Assembly (NCBI GenBank): GCA_951406725.2 | Contig: OX597817.1 | Coordinates: forward strand, 15,500,001 to 15,564,000 | Source: Octopus vulgaris | Taxonomy: Eukaryota | Length of the DNA stretch: 64,000 nucleotides | Direction of reading: 5' to 3' | Shown here: positions 1 to 11,459 of the stretch, in pieces | Layout: each line of letters begins with the position of its first letter | How positions within the stretch are numbered: the stretch's first letter is position 1 | The notes under the pieces: generated by a model | Databases searched by the model: none | What the model saw: the letters and a program-made list of their open reading frames with translations, nothing else | Told to the model about the DNA's origin: nothing | Made by a program: the position numbers and the translations under genes

Positions 1-433
1 AGGAGACAGACACAACCTCTCTTTTATATATAAAGACTAGCAGTATCGCCCGGCGTTGCTCGGGTTTGTAAGGGAAATAACTATATAAGCATTTTTAGTG
101 AGTTATAGCCAAAAAATAGCAAAAAAATGCATTAAAAATGGAATAAAAAATGATGGTAATTTTTTTTTAAATCGTTGACTCATCGTAGACATTTTTAGAG
201 AGTTACTTCCCTTATATAATAGCGAAAAAGTGTATTAAAATGGAAAAAATGATGGTAAATTTTTTTTTAAATCGTAGACTCATCGTAGAGTCGCGCTAAT
301 ACCCAGAAGGGCTCGATATGAATCACGACTATAAGATACCCGGTTTTGGTTAAACTGCACCGCAAAATGTGGGAGTAGTTAGGAATCTAAATCGTAGGAG
401 ACAGACACACAACTTCACTTTTATATATAAAGA
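1..433 (-). mobile_element. Non-autonomous Helitron family 1, head-to-tail tandem copies (junction at 36/37)
   Basis: On the minus strand the 37-433 copy starts TCTTTATATATAAAAG and ends with hairpin CCCGAGCAACGCCGGG followed by CTAG. A direct CTAG|TC junction lies at 36/37. Same family recurs at 1620-2136 and 51546-53187. Confidence 0.85.
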
Positions 434-1615
434 TTTGTGCAACAACTAAAACATTCGGTTGTGCAAATTGTTTGCACAGGAAACCTGCTCTGTGTGGCGG
501 TTTTTGCCGTTTTTGTGGATCTGTTTCAGCTTTTTTAGCGATTTCTGTTTTGGCGACTTCAAGCCATGAAGTCGTTGTTCTGTCTCCTTGACAACGCTTT
601 ACGACGTTGATTTTCCTACCCTGCCTTCCCCACAGCTTCACGAGTGAGGGAAGAAGGGGAGGAGCTACACAGGTGCAGGTGCGAGCATGGACGCCAACGC
701 CGCCACCGACACACGAAAAAATTGGAAGAACCCAGACGACAGCTTCAGCCACCACCACCACCACCACCACCACCACCACCACCACCACCACGACCAACAC
801 CATCACCACTACCACCATGACCACCACCACCACCATCATCACCACGACAACCACCACCAACAACAACAACACTACCACCACCACCACCACAAACACGACG
901 ACCACCACGACCACGACCACCATCACCACTACCAGTATCACCGCCACCACCGCTGCCACTACCACCGCCTCCACCACCACCATACTATGCCTCTGCTCTC
1001 TCCTTTTGGCTACTAAATCCATTACCATATTTCACAAGTACCATCGCCATACAATATTGCCTTCAAAAGTTTGTTTGGATAATATTTTTTAAGTAAAAGT
1101 TGTGCGACAACTAAAACATTCGGTTGTGCAAATTATTTGCACGGGAAACCTTCCCTGTGTGGCGTGTTTCCCGATTTTGTAGAATTTGCTTTCGGGGTTT
1201 CTTAGCCATTTCTGTTTTGGTGTCTTCAAGCCATGAAGTCGTTGTTCTAAAAGAACGCTGGTCTCCTTGACAACGCTTTACGACGTTGATTTTCTTACAC
1301 TCCCTTCCCCACAGCTTCACGAGGGAGGGAAGAAGGGGGAGAAGCAACACAGGTGCAGGTGTGACCATGGACGCCAACTCCGCCGCCTTCCTTTTATTTA
1401 AAAAATATGCGTTAAAATGGAAAAAAATTATAGTAAATTATTTTTAAAATCGTAGACTCATCGTAGACGCGCGCTAATACCCAGACGGGCTCGATATGAA
1501 TCACGACTATAAGATACCCGAATTTGGTGAAACTGCACCGCAAAATGTGGGAGTAGTTAGGAATCTAAATCGAAGGGGACAGACACTCACGCAACTACAG
1601 TTTTATATATATAGA
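434..1615 (-). mobile_element. Helitron family 1 long variant with internally duplicated captured segment and (CAC)n expansion
   Basis: 5' TC end at 1615. 434-720 and 1100-1390 are diverged direct copies of the same internal segment, separated by a (CAC)n tract. Its 3' end is not visible; the 1-433 copies sit at an A|T site within it. Confidence 0.7.
749..982. repeat. Degenerate (CAC)n trinucleotide microsatellite
   Basis: ccaccaccac... tract; it generates the poly-His, poly-Thr and poly-Val ORFs. Confidence 0.95.
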
Positions 1616-1619
1616 TATA

Positions 1620-2136
1620 CTAGCAGTATCGCCCGGCGTTGCTCGGGTTTGTAAGGGAAATAACTATATAAGCATTTTTAGAGAGTTTCTTCCTTTATAG
1701 ATGCCAATTCGGGCTTTCTTAGCCATTTCTGTTTTGGTGTCTTCAAGCCATGAAGTCGTTATTCTAAAAGAACGCTGGTCTCCTTGACAACGCATTACGA
1801 CGTTGATTTCCTTAAACTCCCTTCCCCACAGCTTCACGAGGGAGGGAAGAAGGGGGAGAAGCAAACACAGGTGCAGGTGTTTGAGCGTGGACGCCAACTC
1901 CGCCGCCATCGACACACGAAAACTTATGCATTAAAATGGAATAAAAAATGATGTTAAATTATTTTTAAAATCGTAGACTCATCGTAGACGCGCGCTAATA
2001 GCCAGACGGGCTCGATATTAATCCCGACTATAAGATACCCGAATTTGGTTAAACTGCACCGCAAAATGTGGGAGTAGTTAGGAATCTAAATCGTAGGAGA
2101 CAGACACTCACACAACTACAGTTTTATATATATAGA
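1620..2136 (-). mobile_element. Complete non-autonomous Helitron family 1 copy
   Basis: CTAG and hairpin at 1620-1650, TC end at 2135-2136, TA-rich flanks; nearly identical in reverse to 51546-52019. Confidence 0.85.
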
Positions 2137-3131
2137 TATATATTGCGTGTGTGCGTGCGTGCGCGTGCACATACACTTCCCCCCTCCCACATTTGTTTGC
2201 CTATATCTATGCGTGCGTTAAATACTCGTACCAAGAAGCTGTTTCAGTTAGTTTTCTGGCCTTGAAATCAGAAGCGTTTCCTTGTTCCTTTCTTTTTTAT
2301 TTCTTGGGAGATAGAAGTGCTTGATGGCATTTACCCCTCCCCCACCACCAAAACAAAAAACAAAACAAAAAACGAAAGGCTTCTTTCATCTATTTTGGAG
2401 AGAGTAGTCTTTGGAACCCGAGGAAATTCTTTGTTTATGCAGTTGTCTGCATTTGCTTCTCCTGACGCTGTGAAAGTTATATTACCGTTTGGATCGACCA
2501 AACCAGCCTTTGCTAACTACCAATGCTTCTGAATTATCTCTTTATTCTTGTAAGGGACTGAAGATATTTCTTGCTTTTTCTTTCGTAGTAAATTACTTTA
2601 ATAACATGTTGTATTGTTTCGTCGTCAACTATATCAAGCAGAATTTCGTTTTCCCCACCAAATTTACACCTTTGTAGCGAATCTTGCAAGCATGAAGTGG
2701 ATTCGATCCACCATAGCCAAATTTAAATTAACACTGCAACAGCACTTTTCCCACGGTGGAACAATGGTTTTTCTCTGACAGCAGTTTTACATTTTCCAGA
2801 TGCCTTTTAGCTAGGCCGAAATAATGTCTTCACCACTTGACCCTTTCTAACCTCTTCAACTTCACCAAAAGCTAGAGTAGAGATAACAAGACCACCAACT
2901 AAATCTATTGTTCTCAATGATATATCTATCCTTCTGGATAGCTATATAAACCAGCACATCCGACTCAACGGAGTTAGTCACCTTGGTGACAAACTCGTGA
3001 GTTGAGAGCCGATCACTAGAATTGTGGAAGCAGGCAGACGACACGGCCAGAGGGAAAAGAAAGACAACATCCCACACTCTCTCACTAGCTCCAATTCTGT
3101 TCTCTTGCAACATCATTCTATCTCTCTCTGC

Positions 3132-3254
3132 AACCACATGGTCCCGGGTTCAGTCCCACTGCATGACACCTTGGGCAAGTGTCTTCTACTATAACCGCGG
3201 ACAGACCAAAACCTTGTGAATGGATTTTGCAGACGGAAACTGACAGAAGCCCGT

Positions 3255-3289
<35 letters not shown>

Positions 3290-3555
3290 ATGTATGTATG
3301 TATGTATGTATGTATGTATGTATGTATGTATGTATGTATGTATGTATGTATGTATGTATGTCTTTGTGTCTGTGTTTATGTCCCCGTAACTTAGCGGTTC
3401 GGCAAAATGTTTGATTGTACAAGTACCACTTCTTAGATAAAAAAAAAATTTTTAATTAGAAGTTCTGGAGTCGATTCCTTCGACGAAAAAAGATCAAGGT
3501 GGTGCCCCAGCATGACCGTAGTCTAGTGACTGAAACAAGTAAAAGATAAAAGATG
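3132..3555 (+). mobile_element. tRNA-derived CORE-like SINE, older 5'-truncated copy
   Basis: B-box GGGTTCAGTCCC, CCTTGGGCAAGTGTCTT core, internal TA/TATG microsatellite, GAAACAAGTAAAAG tail. Confidence 0.85.
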
Positions 3556-4212
3556 CACACATTACAACATATTTTCCCAACCTTAATTCCAAGTAGGATG
3601 AGTTTTAACCTGTTGAGTTCTTTCCCAGTTGCTAATCTGCTACGTTGAAACGATCTTTCTTGAGTAGCTTTGCTGGATTGCTTCGAGTATATTTAAAAAA
3701 AAAAATTATTTAAGAGATAAATTTCGAGGAATTAAATAAAGAAATGATACGCATATTCTTCTATTTCAAAGTTATAAAAATCAAGCTTATTGCATTAAGA
3801 CACAATTTTATTTAACATTAAATACTACATCTAAGGGAGGTAAGTCTGCACTTAAAATATTAAAGGGAGATGACTTTAAAATCTGTGTTTTACCAAATAA
3901 TTTTGAAAATGTAGCGAATGCATTGTATCATAAATTCTAATAAAGATTCGTTTACAAATTTGTTGCTAGTTACTGTGCAATTTTTTTGACATAATCAGTA
4001 TCCCTCTTCAATTGTTTAAGCTTTTCTAATCGCATTAGGTTTTCTTTATTTTCCTTGTATATAAGACAGATGTCTGTTAAATAAACTGGGCAAAGATGAT
4101 ATTCACAATATTGTACTTCCACCTCATCATTATGATAAATCCAAATTAAAAATCATATCAGGAGTTTCTTTGACTTTATAATTTGTCAGAGCGTGCAATA
4201 TAAAGTCGATAT

Positions 4213-4234
4213 CACACACACACACACACACACA

Positions 4235-4315
<81 letters not shown>

Positions 4316-4332
4316 GCACACACACACACACA
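4213..4332. repeat. (CA)n/(CACG)n microsatellite
   Basis: Directly visible. Confidence 0.95.
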
Positions 4333-4363
4333 TACTGTCTGTCTATCTATATTATTTCAGTTT

Positions 4364-4665
4364 GGTACTATTTAAGAAGAGTGGTCCCGGTGCGCGCACT
4401 CGCGTACTCGCGCATCCACGCTAGCTAGTCGTGACTAGTCGATCCTATAACGACTACCTATCCTATAACAAATGTTCATACAAATTCGGTTGAAAGTTAT
4501 TAGAAGTTATTAAATAAACGTTTGGTACCCCCATCATAATTTAGATGGGTTTATTTTTTAACAAATAAGGTTTCTTTTTATAGGATAGGTAGTCGTTGTA
4601 GGATCGACTAGTCACGACTAGCTAGCGCGGATGCGCGCACAGGACCACACTTCTTAAATAGTACC
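4364..4665. mobile_element. Mutator(MULE)-like MITE
   Basis: About 100-bp TIRs (GGTACTATTTAAGAAG...CTTCTTAAATAGTACC) with an exact 9-bp TSD TTTCAGTTT at 4355-4363 and 4666-4674. Confidence 0.85.
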
Positions 4666-5457
4666 TTTCAGTTTTGGGCTTCCTTCACCCTAACATTTTA
4701 TTTTATTTTGATTTTGATTTTACCCTTTCTTTTTATTTTTTCGGTGGCTAGCTTGATGACTAGCTTCATGTTTACTTCCTGCGGCAATGTAAACTTCGTT
4801 GAGGTAACTAAGACCTGAAGATTAGCGAAGCTGCGTTGTGTTCGTTACTAGTTATATAACGGACTTTAGCTAGCTGTGAAACAATTGTAGTGTGTAATAA
4901 TACAGACTACCAGTTCCATTACTTTTTTTTTAATATTCGCATTCTTAGCGTTAGTTGCTAAACCACGAGTTGTATGGAGACAATCATCTTATTAAATTTC
5001 CGCTTAACTTCGATATGGAAAGAAGTATGTAATTTGCGATGTTAATAAATATGTTTCATCGTATATTGTCCATTTTTTGCCCTCTCTACTAGATACCTAA
5101 TTACTTCATATTACTAACTTCCTACACTCGGACCACTGGATCGTACTTACCTACTTACCTACACACACACACACAATTTTTTTCTCTATAAAATATACTG
5201 ACCGTAACGTCTTTCTATTTCCAACTTGAAATGAGGTTATATGCACGCGGCCTTTAGAGACCGACGAAGTTATGCGTTATACAGATGCGAAACCATTGAT
5301 CACTCTATGACCGGATATATAATTAACTTCGTGCGTCGCTGTGTGGTAAGAAACTTGCTTTCCAGTCACATGGTTCCGGGTTCAATCTCACTGCGTGGCA
5401 TCTTGGGTAAGTGTCTTCTGCTAGAGCCTTGGTAGACAGAAACTGAAAGAAGCCCGT

Positions 5458-5503
<46 letters not shown>

Positions 5504-5553
5504 TGAATGAATTATCCTAGTATGGATAATTCGTCGTTCGACTCCATTCTTTC

Positions 5554-5603
<50 letters not shown>

Positions 5604-5659
5604 TAGCTGAAGGTGACCCGCTCTACGCGCGGGTAAGAGTGTGGTTGTTACTTTCTGTT

Positions 5660-5978
5660 GCTTCCTTTCAGCACGTAAAAAGCACCATCCGAACGTGGCG
5701 GATTGCCGCGCGGCCTTGACTGGCTTCTGTGCTGGTGGCACGTAAAAAGCACCAACCGATCGTGACCGCTGCCAGCCCCCCTGGCACCTGTGCCGGCGGC
5801 ACGAAAAAAGCACCCACTACGCTCACAGAGTGGTTGGCGTTAGGAAGGGCATCCACCTGTCGAAACATTGCCAGATCAGACTGGAGCCTGGTGCAGCCTC
5901 CTGGCTTCCCAGACCCCTGTCAAACTGTCCAACCCGTGCTAGCACGGAAAACGGACATTAAACGATGATGATGATGAT
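5660..5978 (+). mobile_element. RTE-type LINE 3' end fragment with (GAT)n tail
   Basis: GTGCCGGTGGCACGTAAAAAGCACC-type repeats, GGCGTTAGGAAGGGCATCC motif, ends AAACGATGATGATG; matches the 3' end of the RT-bearing element at 48533-51055. Confidence 0.85.
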
Positions 5979-6668
5979 TCTCCCTCTTTGTTTCTCTCTC
6001 CTTTCTCTCTCACTTTCCCACTCTCTTACTCTTCCTTTCTCTCGGACTCTCCCACGCTTTCTCTTACTCTCTATCTTTATCTATCTTTCTCCCATTTATA
6101 AACAACAAAATATCTTGAGTAAGTTGAGAAATAAAATATTTAGAGAGATCAATCATAAATATCAGGCAGTAACAATGGAAAGGTCTGCTTCAAGGCAGAC
6201 AGCAAAACACTAACATTTAAAAGGGACAGACGAACTTGCGAGCTGAATAAAAATAATAAAATATTGGAAACCAAAGTTTGAAGGGATAGAATTTGAGGAT
6301 AGTAGAGTCACCATGGCTGGCATTTCTTAACGACGGACAGCAACGTATTGACAGTTCAACGGCTGGCGTAAAATTTTGAACTTGATGTAAAAGAAAATCC
6401 CTAAAAACCAAGTTTTGAATTGATTCTTTCTCACGACAGTAGACTCACGATGGCAAGCATTCAAAACTTCTTCATCATGGACGGCAACACATTGACGATT
6501 AAAAGGCTGGCGCAAATTTTTTAGCTTGATGTAACAGAGAATTGCTAAACACCCGCTCCTTTAAATTTTAATCCCCTTCCAGCCCCATTTAGACCCCTTT
6601 TCACATTTTGGTTAATATAACCCGATTTCATTTGGGTCTACTTGGGGCCACATTTTATAAGATGAGGA

Positions 6669-6822
6669 CTCAACCAAGTTTCCCAAGTTCTGGTCATAGA
6701 CCATAGAATACTCAACCAAGTTTCCCGAGTTCTGGTCATAGACCATAGAACACTCAACCAAGTTTCCCGAGTTCTGGTCATAGACCATAGAACACTCAAC
6801 CAAGTTACCCGAGTTCTGGTCA
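6669..6822. repeat. 42-bp minisatellite, about 3.7 copies
   Basis: Unit CTCAACCAAGTTTCCCGAGTTCTGGTCATAGACCATAGAACA. Confidence 0.95.
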
Positions 6823-7290
6823 TTTGCAGAATAAATAGAGACGGTGGAGGTGGCAGACGTCGTTGCAATGTAAACATGATTTGTTTTAAGAGAAAGATTG
6901 TCCAGATTGTGTGTTGGTGGTGGTGGTGGTGGCGATGATAATTATCTTTATGAATGGAGATAAAGAGAAATTGAAGGGGAGTTAGAGGTAGAAAGAAAAG
7001 GTGTAAATTTTGGAGTGAATCCGACGGGATGTAGTGGGCTTTAACCCCGGCAAAAGAAAATAATATCTGTTGCGTCTCTGAAAGAGGTGAAGTAGGAATA
7101 TTGAAACTTTTGCGGCTGTCATTGATAGACTCGTTGTAGAATAAATAGAGACGGCGAAAAAAGAGAGAGCTCGAGAAAGAAAAGGTGATATATGAAAGAG
7201 AGGACGGGAAAATGAAATATTTTGCAATGTAAACATGATTTGTTTTAAGAGAAAGATTGTCATGATTGTGTGTTGGTGGTGGTGGCGGTG

Positions 7291-7430
7291 GTGGCGATGA
7301 TAATTATCATTAAGAAAAAGAGTGAGTGAGTGAGGAAGACATATACATAAGTTGTGGCGATGATAATTATCATTAGGAAAAAGAGTGAGTGAGTGAGGAA
7401 GACATATACATAAGTTGTGGCGATGATAAT
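7291..7430. repeat. 63-bp tandem duplication
   Basis: GTGGCGATGATAATTATCATTA.GAAAAAGAGTGAGTGAGTGAGGAAGACATATACATAAGTT, about 2.2 copies. Confidence 0.9.
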
Positions 7431-7619
7431 TCTAGACCCCTTTTCACATTTTGATGAAGAGAACCCGATTTCATTCGGGTCTACTGGGGCCACATATAGG
7501 TGTGTGTGTGTGAGCACGCTGTAGAAATTAAATTAGAGATAAAACCACTAATAGGGAAATGAAACAGTAAAAAACCAAAAACAAAAACATAAAAATAAAA
7601 ATATAATATTAGATATATG

Positions 7620-7663
<44 letters not shown>

Positions 7664-8053
7664 GACAGGTAGACAATAGAATGCGATGGCGATGTAATAT
7701 TTGTTTCTGTCTATGAACGCAGATAGATACATGAGTAAAATGTATGGGAAGCTAAGAGATAGAGTGAGTGAAAATTATCTTGGAAGAGAGGAAATAGCGA
7801 GAGAGTGATTTGAGGAAGACTTTACATTAAATAACGGGAGTGGACTTGTCAAAAGAAGAGGAGTGAGAGGGTACTGGAGGAAATAGCGTGAGTGAGGAAG
7901 ATGGCCCCTAGCAACCACACCTTTTAAGATAGGGATTTCTAAGGTGGCCCACGAGCATCGTCACCTCATTCTACATGTCCCTGTAAATTTTGGAGCGAAT
8001 CGGACGGGACGTAGTGGCATTGAAAGCGATCCAAGCGGTAAAAACGCACTTCA

Positions 8054-8142
<89 letters not shown>

Positions 8143-8299
8143 CTTTGTATTTGCTCCCCTCGCCATCACTGCCGGACAACCGGTGTTGGTGCTTTTATGT
8201 CCCCGTAACCTAACGGATCGGCCATAAAGCCCGATACAATAAGTACTAGGCTTAAAAAATAAATCCTCGGGTTGATTCGTTCGTATAAAACCCTTCAAG

Positions 8300-10770
8300 G
8301 CAAGAGGGTTATTCCGTTGGAGTGCTTACCGTCCCCACGGTCAAGACCTGGTTCTAGTTGTGATAGGAAGCCAACCACATCGAAGCTCCTTTTAATTATG
8401 TCGTTCAGAGCGGCGTGTCGGGGAAACCGACCTGCGCTATGGCTTCTGGATAATGAATGCAGGCCAAATTCAAAGACTACCGCTCCACAACGGCATCTGT
8501 GCGGCTCACACAAGCGGAGATCGAAGCGCTGATCCACTCTGATATGAGTGCACCCACCATCAAAACGGGTACCGGTCGATGAGGAGGGTACCACTAGCCA
8601 CTGTTTAGCTGCAGAATGGAATGGAGGCAGGCTAGGTGGTGCTGGTCTAAGGATGTCTCAATCTGTCCGAAGGCAAGTTTGCATTAGATGTCGTCTTACT
8701 TACGTTGGTCATCTGTATTCTAGAAGACGGCAAGGCCTTCAACGGTCCAGTCGGCTAGAGATGACTCCAGTTCCTGGTCCCCATCGGGTTTAGCCGTCCC
8801 ACAGATACCTTGCCGATTAAGGTGTAGCTGGAGGAGATTAAGGAAAGAAAGGCTGGCTGAGCCAGGTCTATTGCAGAATGGAGACCAAGGCCACGAAATT
8901 TAACAGGTAGTTTATCCTGTTGCCATACGGCCCTGTCAAAACTGACATTGTAGATGAGTTTTGCACAGCTGCGGATGGTGTCATCGACATCGCCGAGGCG
9001 ATCTGTGAAAGGGTGACGTGGGTTACTGCGTAGCGAGAAAAGGAGCTTAGCAAAGCAATTCTTCAAGAGGAAGAGTACCATGCGCACGTCAACGGGACGC
9101 AATTTCTCAGTCATCCTAGTCAAGTCCGCAAGCCTGGTTTCCAGGCACTCTGTTATGGCTTTCGGGAGGACTAGGAAGCCAAGAATACAGACAGTGTCCT
9201 TTGGAGTCATTCGAGCCCCCCGCTAAGACAGGCTGGATGCTGAGTACGATGTCCTGGATTTCAGCCTCACCATAGTTACGTTTATCACCTGACTTGGACG
9301 GGCTGATCTCAAGTCCAGGTAGCTTTAAGGCTGGGATGGCCTACTAAAGGTTCCAAACTACAAACTCAGCTGAGCCATTCAAAGTTGCATCGTCCAGACC
9401 ATTGAAGGGTGACCTTGCTGGATACCTGTGGAAGAAGCGATTCTGTTGCCAGCAGCCATTCGTGTGCTGGGTGTTCTATAGAAGTATGCAGGTGGGTGAA
9501 ATGAGGGAGCACGTCTCAGACACGTCTTCAAAATGTGGTCCAGCGTTTTTTTATTTAATATCCAGCTTAATAGGAGGCGTTTGCTGTATGTAGTGTCTAA
9601 CAGCATGAACAGCAGTTCACATCCACAGTTGACTCTTCCCCAGCTGAACAGGGTTTAGTGAGTCATTCAGGTCATCCCTGATTGATCTACACGCAATCCT
9701 GGCTGTAAGTCGCCGAAAGATGTTGCTCACCGCTATCGGACGGATGCCTCAGTCTTTCTTCGGCGCAGTCAGGTTGGCTGAGAAGAGTGAGGGAGGTCCG
9801 TACGAAGAAGACTGTCTGTCAGAACAGTGATAGATCGGAATAAGCGTACTCTCATCTCGGCAGTATATAACGAGATTACATCTCTGAGGTGGCTGTGTTG
9901 CAGGCCATCCACTCTACCACTGCTGCTTGCAGGGAAGGATCTCAAAGCAGCAACCAATCATCACTGAGCGCGGTCAAGCCCATGTCACTGTCAGAGGGAT
10001 TTTGAAATCCCTGATATCTGCCGGAGAGTACGGATGCTTCAGATGGAGAGAAACCAGAACATCCGGTGTGGGTTCGAGCACTGTGCCACTTGAGGCCAGT
10101 ACGCACACGGCGGCAGAAACGTCGCCCTCAGTTTGCGAGTGACCTGGACTCAAAGCCCTTTCGGAAGAAACCTGCATGCGCGGCATCGGCGAAGGTGGTC
10201 AGCCTGAAAGTAGCAAGAGACTAGTTGGGGATGAGTGGCTGAAGTGATGTTGCATCTAAGCCTCGAATTCAAGGAGGGAACCGATACCCCACCTGCCGTC
10301 GGGAATCCAAACTGAATAATTTGTTCCAGTCTTGCGGACTGTTGATAGCAAGTGCCTGGTCAATAGACGACGCTGGCGCATCGGCCTCAAAACCACGAAT
10401 AACCTTGAGGATGGTGATGCTGATTCTTTGCGACTGCCTAAAGCAGGAGATCGACTCCAAGACTTCGTCAGGGCTGGAGCGGGGTCAAGTCACCACCATG
10501 CCTTACCTCTGTGTCCGCTTACAGTGTTGAGTGGGATATCTGTCCTCCGGAGGTTAGACAGGTCGGGCAGAGTCACCAGCGCAGAGATTCCAAGGTACGT
10601 CGAGTAAGTTTAATACAAGAGAGGCAAAAGAAATTGCAACAGCTTGAACACCTTCTTCTCTTCTTCCGCCTATTGTACGTGGCATAAGTGTGATACTACA
10701 TACCGTCCTACGTTGTGGAGGGTTGGGGCGAGAACATACGTGTAGAAGAGGTTCGGGTATAACAAGAGCC
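8300..10770 (-). mobile_element. Decayed CRE-clade non-LTR retrotransposon (RT plus restriction-like endonuclease)
   Basis: Minus-strand fragments SFPASSSGRVDGL, RPIAVSNIFRRL, GIQQGHPS and LDDAT (RT); QQDKLPVKFRGLGL; CRCG..H and RHAALNDIIKRSF..EPGLDRGDGKHSNGITLLP (RLE region). Many stops and frameshifts. Confidence 0.8.
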
Positions 10771-10841
10771 ATATATATAAGATTACGTATGTTCATATGT
10801 GTGTGTATGCATATATGTATGTATATATACATGTATATGTA

Positions 10842-10873
<32 letters not shown>

Positions 10874-10931
10874 GATACATACACATACATACATACACAC
10901 ACACATACATACTTACATACATACATACATA

Positions 10932-11372
10932 CATGATGGCTGCCCCCTCGTTATCGAATATGGCCATTGCACGAAGCTTAATCAATGTTGTTATCATGCA
11001 ATGCCTGTGCAAGAAGATATTTTTTAAAGTGAGGAAAGGCTGTGCACTGAGTCAACCCCACTCACTAAGCAACAGCAGCCATAATCCGAAAAGAAGAACA
11101 AGTTAACATCATCGGTAACCACTGAGCCGCAGGTTTTATGTCGGAGTTATCCCAGTTACCTGAGTTACCTTCTCCTAGAAGGTAGCCCTAACAAAGGCTA
11201 GGAGTCCTTCACTCCCAATGGTTTAACCGCGCGATCGGGTATTCAGTCCGATTATTTCTATGTCCCCGCGCATGATACAGCCTTAAGGCATTTATTGGAT
11301 GGCCGTTGACTCTCAAGAGTTCCTCCGCCCTTTGACGGGTTTTGTTTTTTGGTGAGGAGGGTGTTTATTGGA
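10932..11372 (-). mobile_element. Probable short bipartite non-autonomous RTE-derived element with (TATG)n tail
   Basis: Minus strand carries CTAGGAGAAGGTAACTC..CCGACATAAAACCTGCGG, resembling RTE 5' UTRs as I recall them, and ends GCAGCCATCATGTATGTATG; flanked by (CATA)n. Confidence 0.45.
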
Positions 11373-11459
11373 CACATACATACATACATACATACATACA
11401 TACATACATACATACATACATACATACATACATACATACATACATACATACATACATAC

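Larger units (their letters stand above)
5603..8065 (-). mobile_element. Non-autonomous Helitron family 2 (about 2.45 kb)
   Basis: CTAG at 5603-5606 next to hairpin ACCCGC..GCGGGT. The far end CACTTCAGTTTTATATATA resembles the family-1 5' end, but the terminal TC is lost in (TA)n. Contains internal tandem and dispersed duplications. Confidence 0.65.
5335..8300 (+). mobile_element. CORE-like SINE split by insertions into its internal (TA)n
   Basis: SINE head at 5335-5460 and SINE 3' half at 8127-8300 flank the inserted Helitron-like element. Confidence 0.7.

Noticed and set aside
387-1092. His-rich, Thr-rich and Val-rich ORFs as real proteins
   Set aside because: All are reading frames of one (CAC)n microsatellite inside a Helitron.
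2380-3130. Possible coding region on the minus strand
   Set aside because: Frames are interrupted by stops and I recognise no motif; probably a decayed TE but unclassifiable by eye.
4760-5160. Promoter-like island with an ATG..GTATGT mini-exon (4974-5024) as the CCDC13 start
   Set aside because: The peptide METIILLNFRLTSIWKE does not resemble CCDC13 and the motifs are short enough to arise by chance; needs transcript data.
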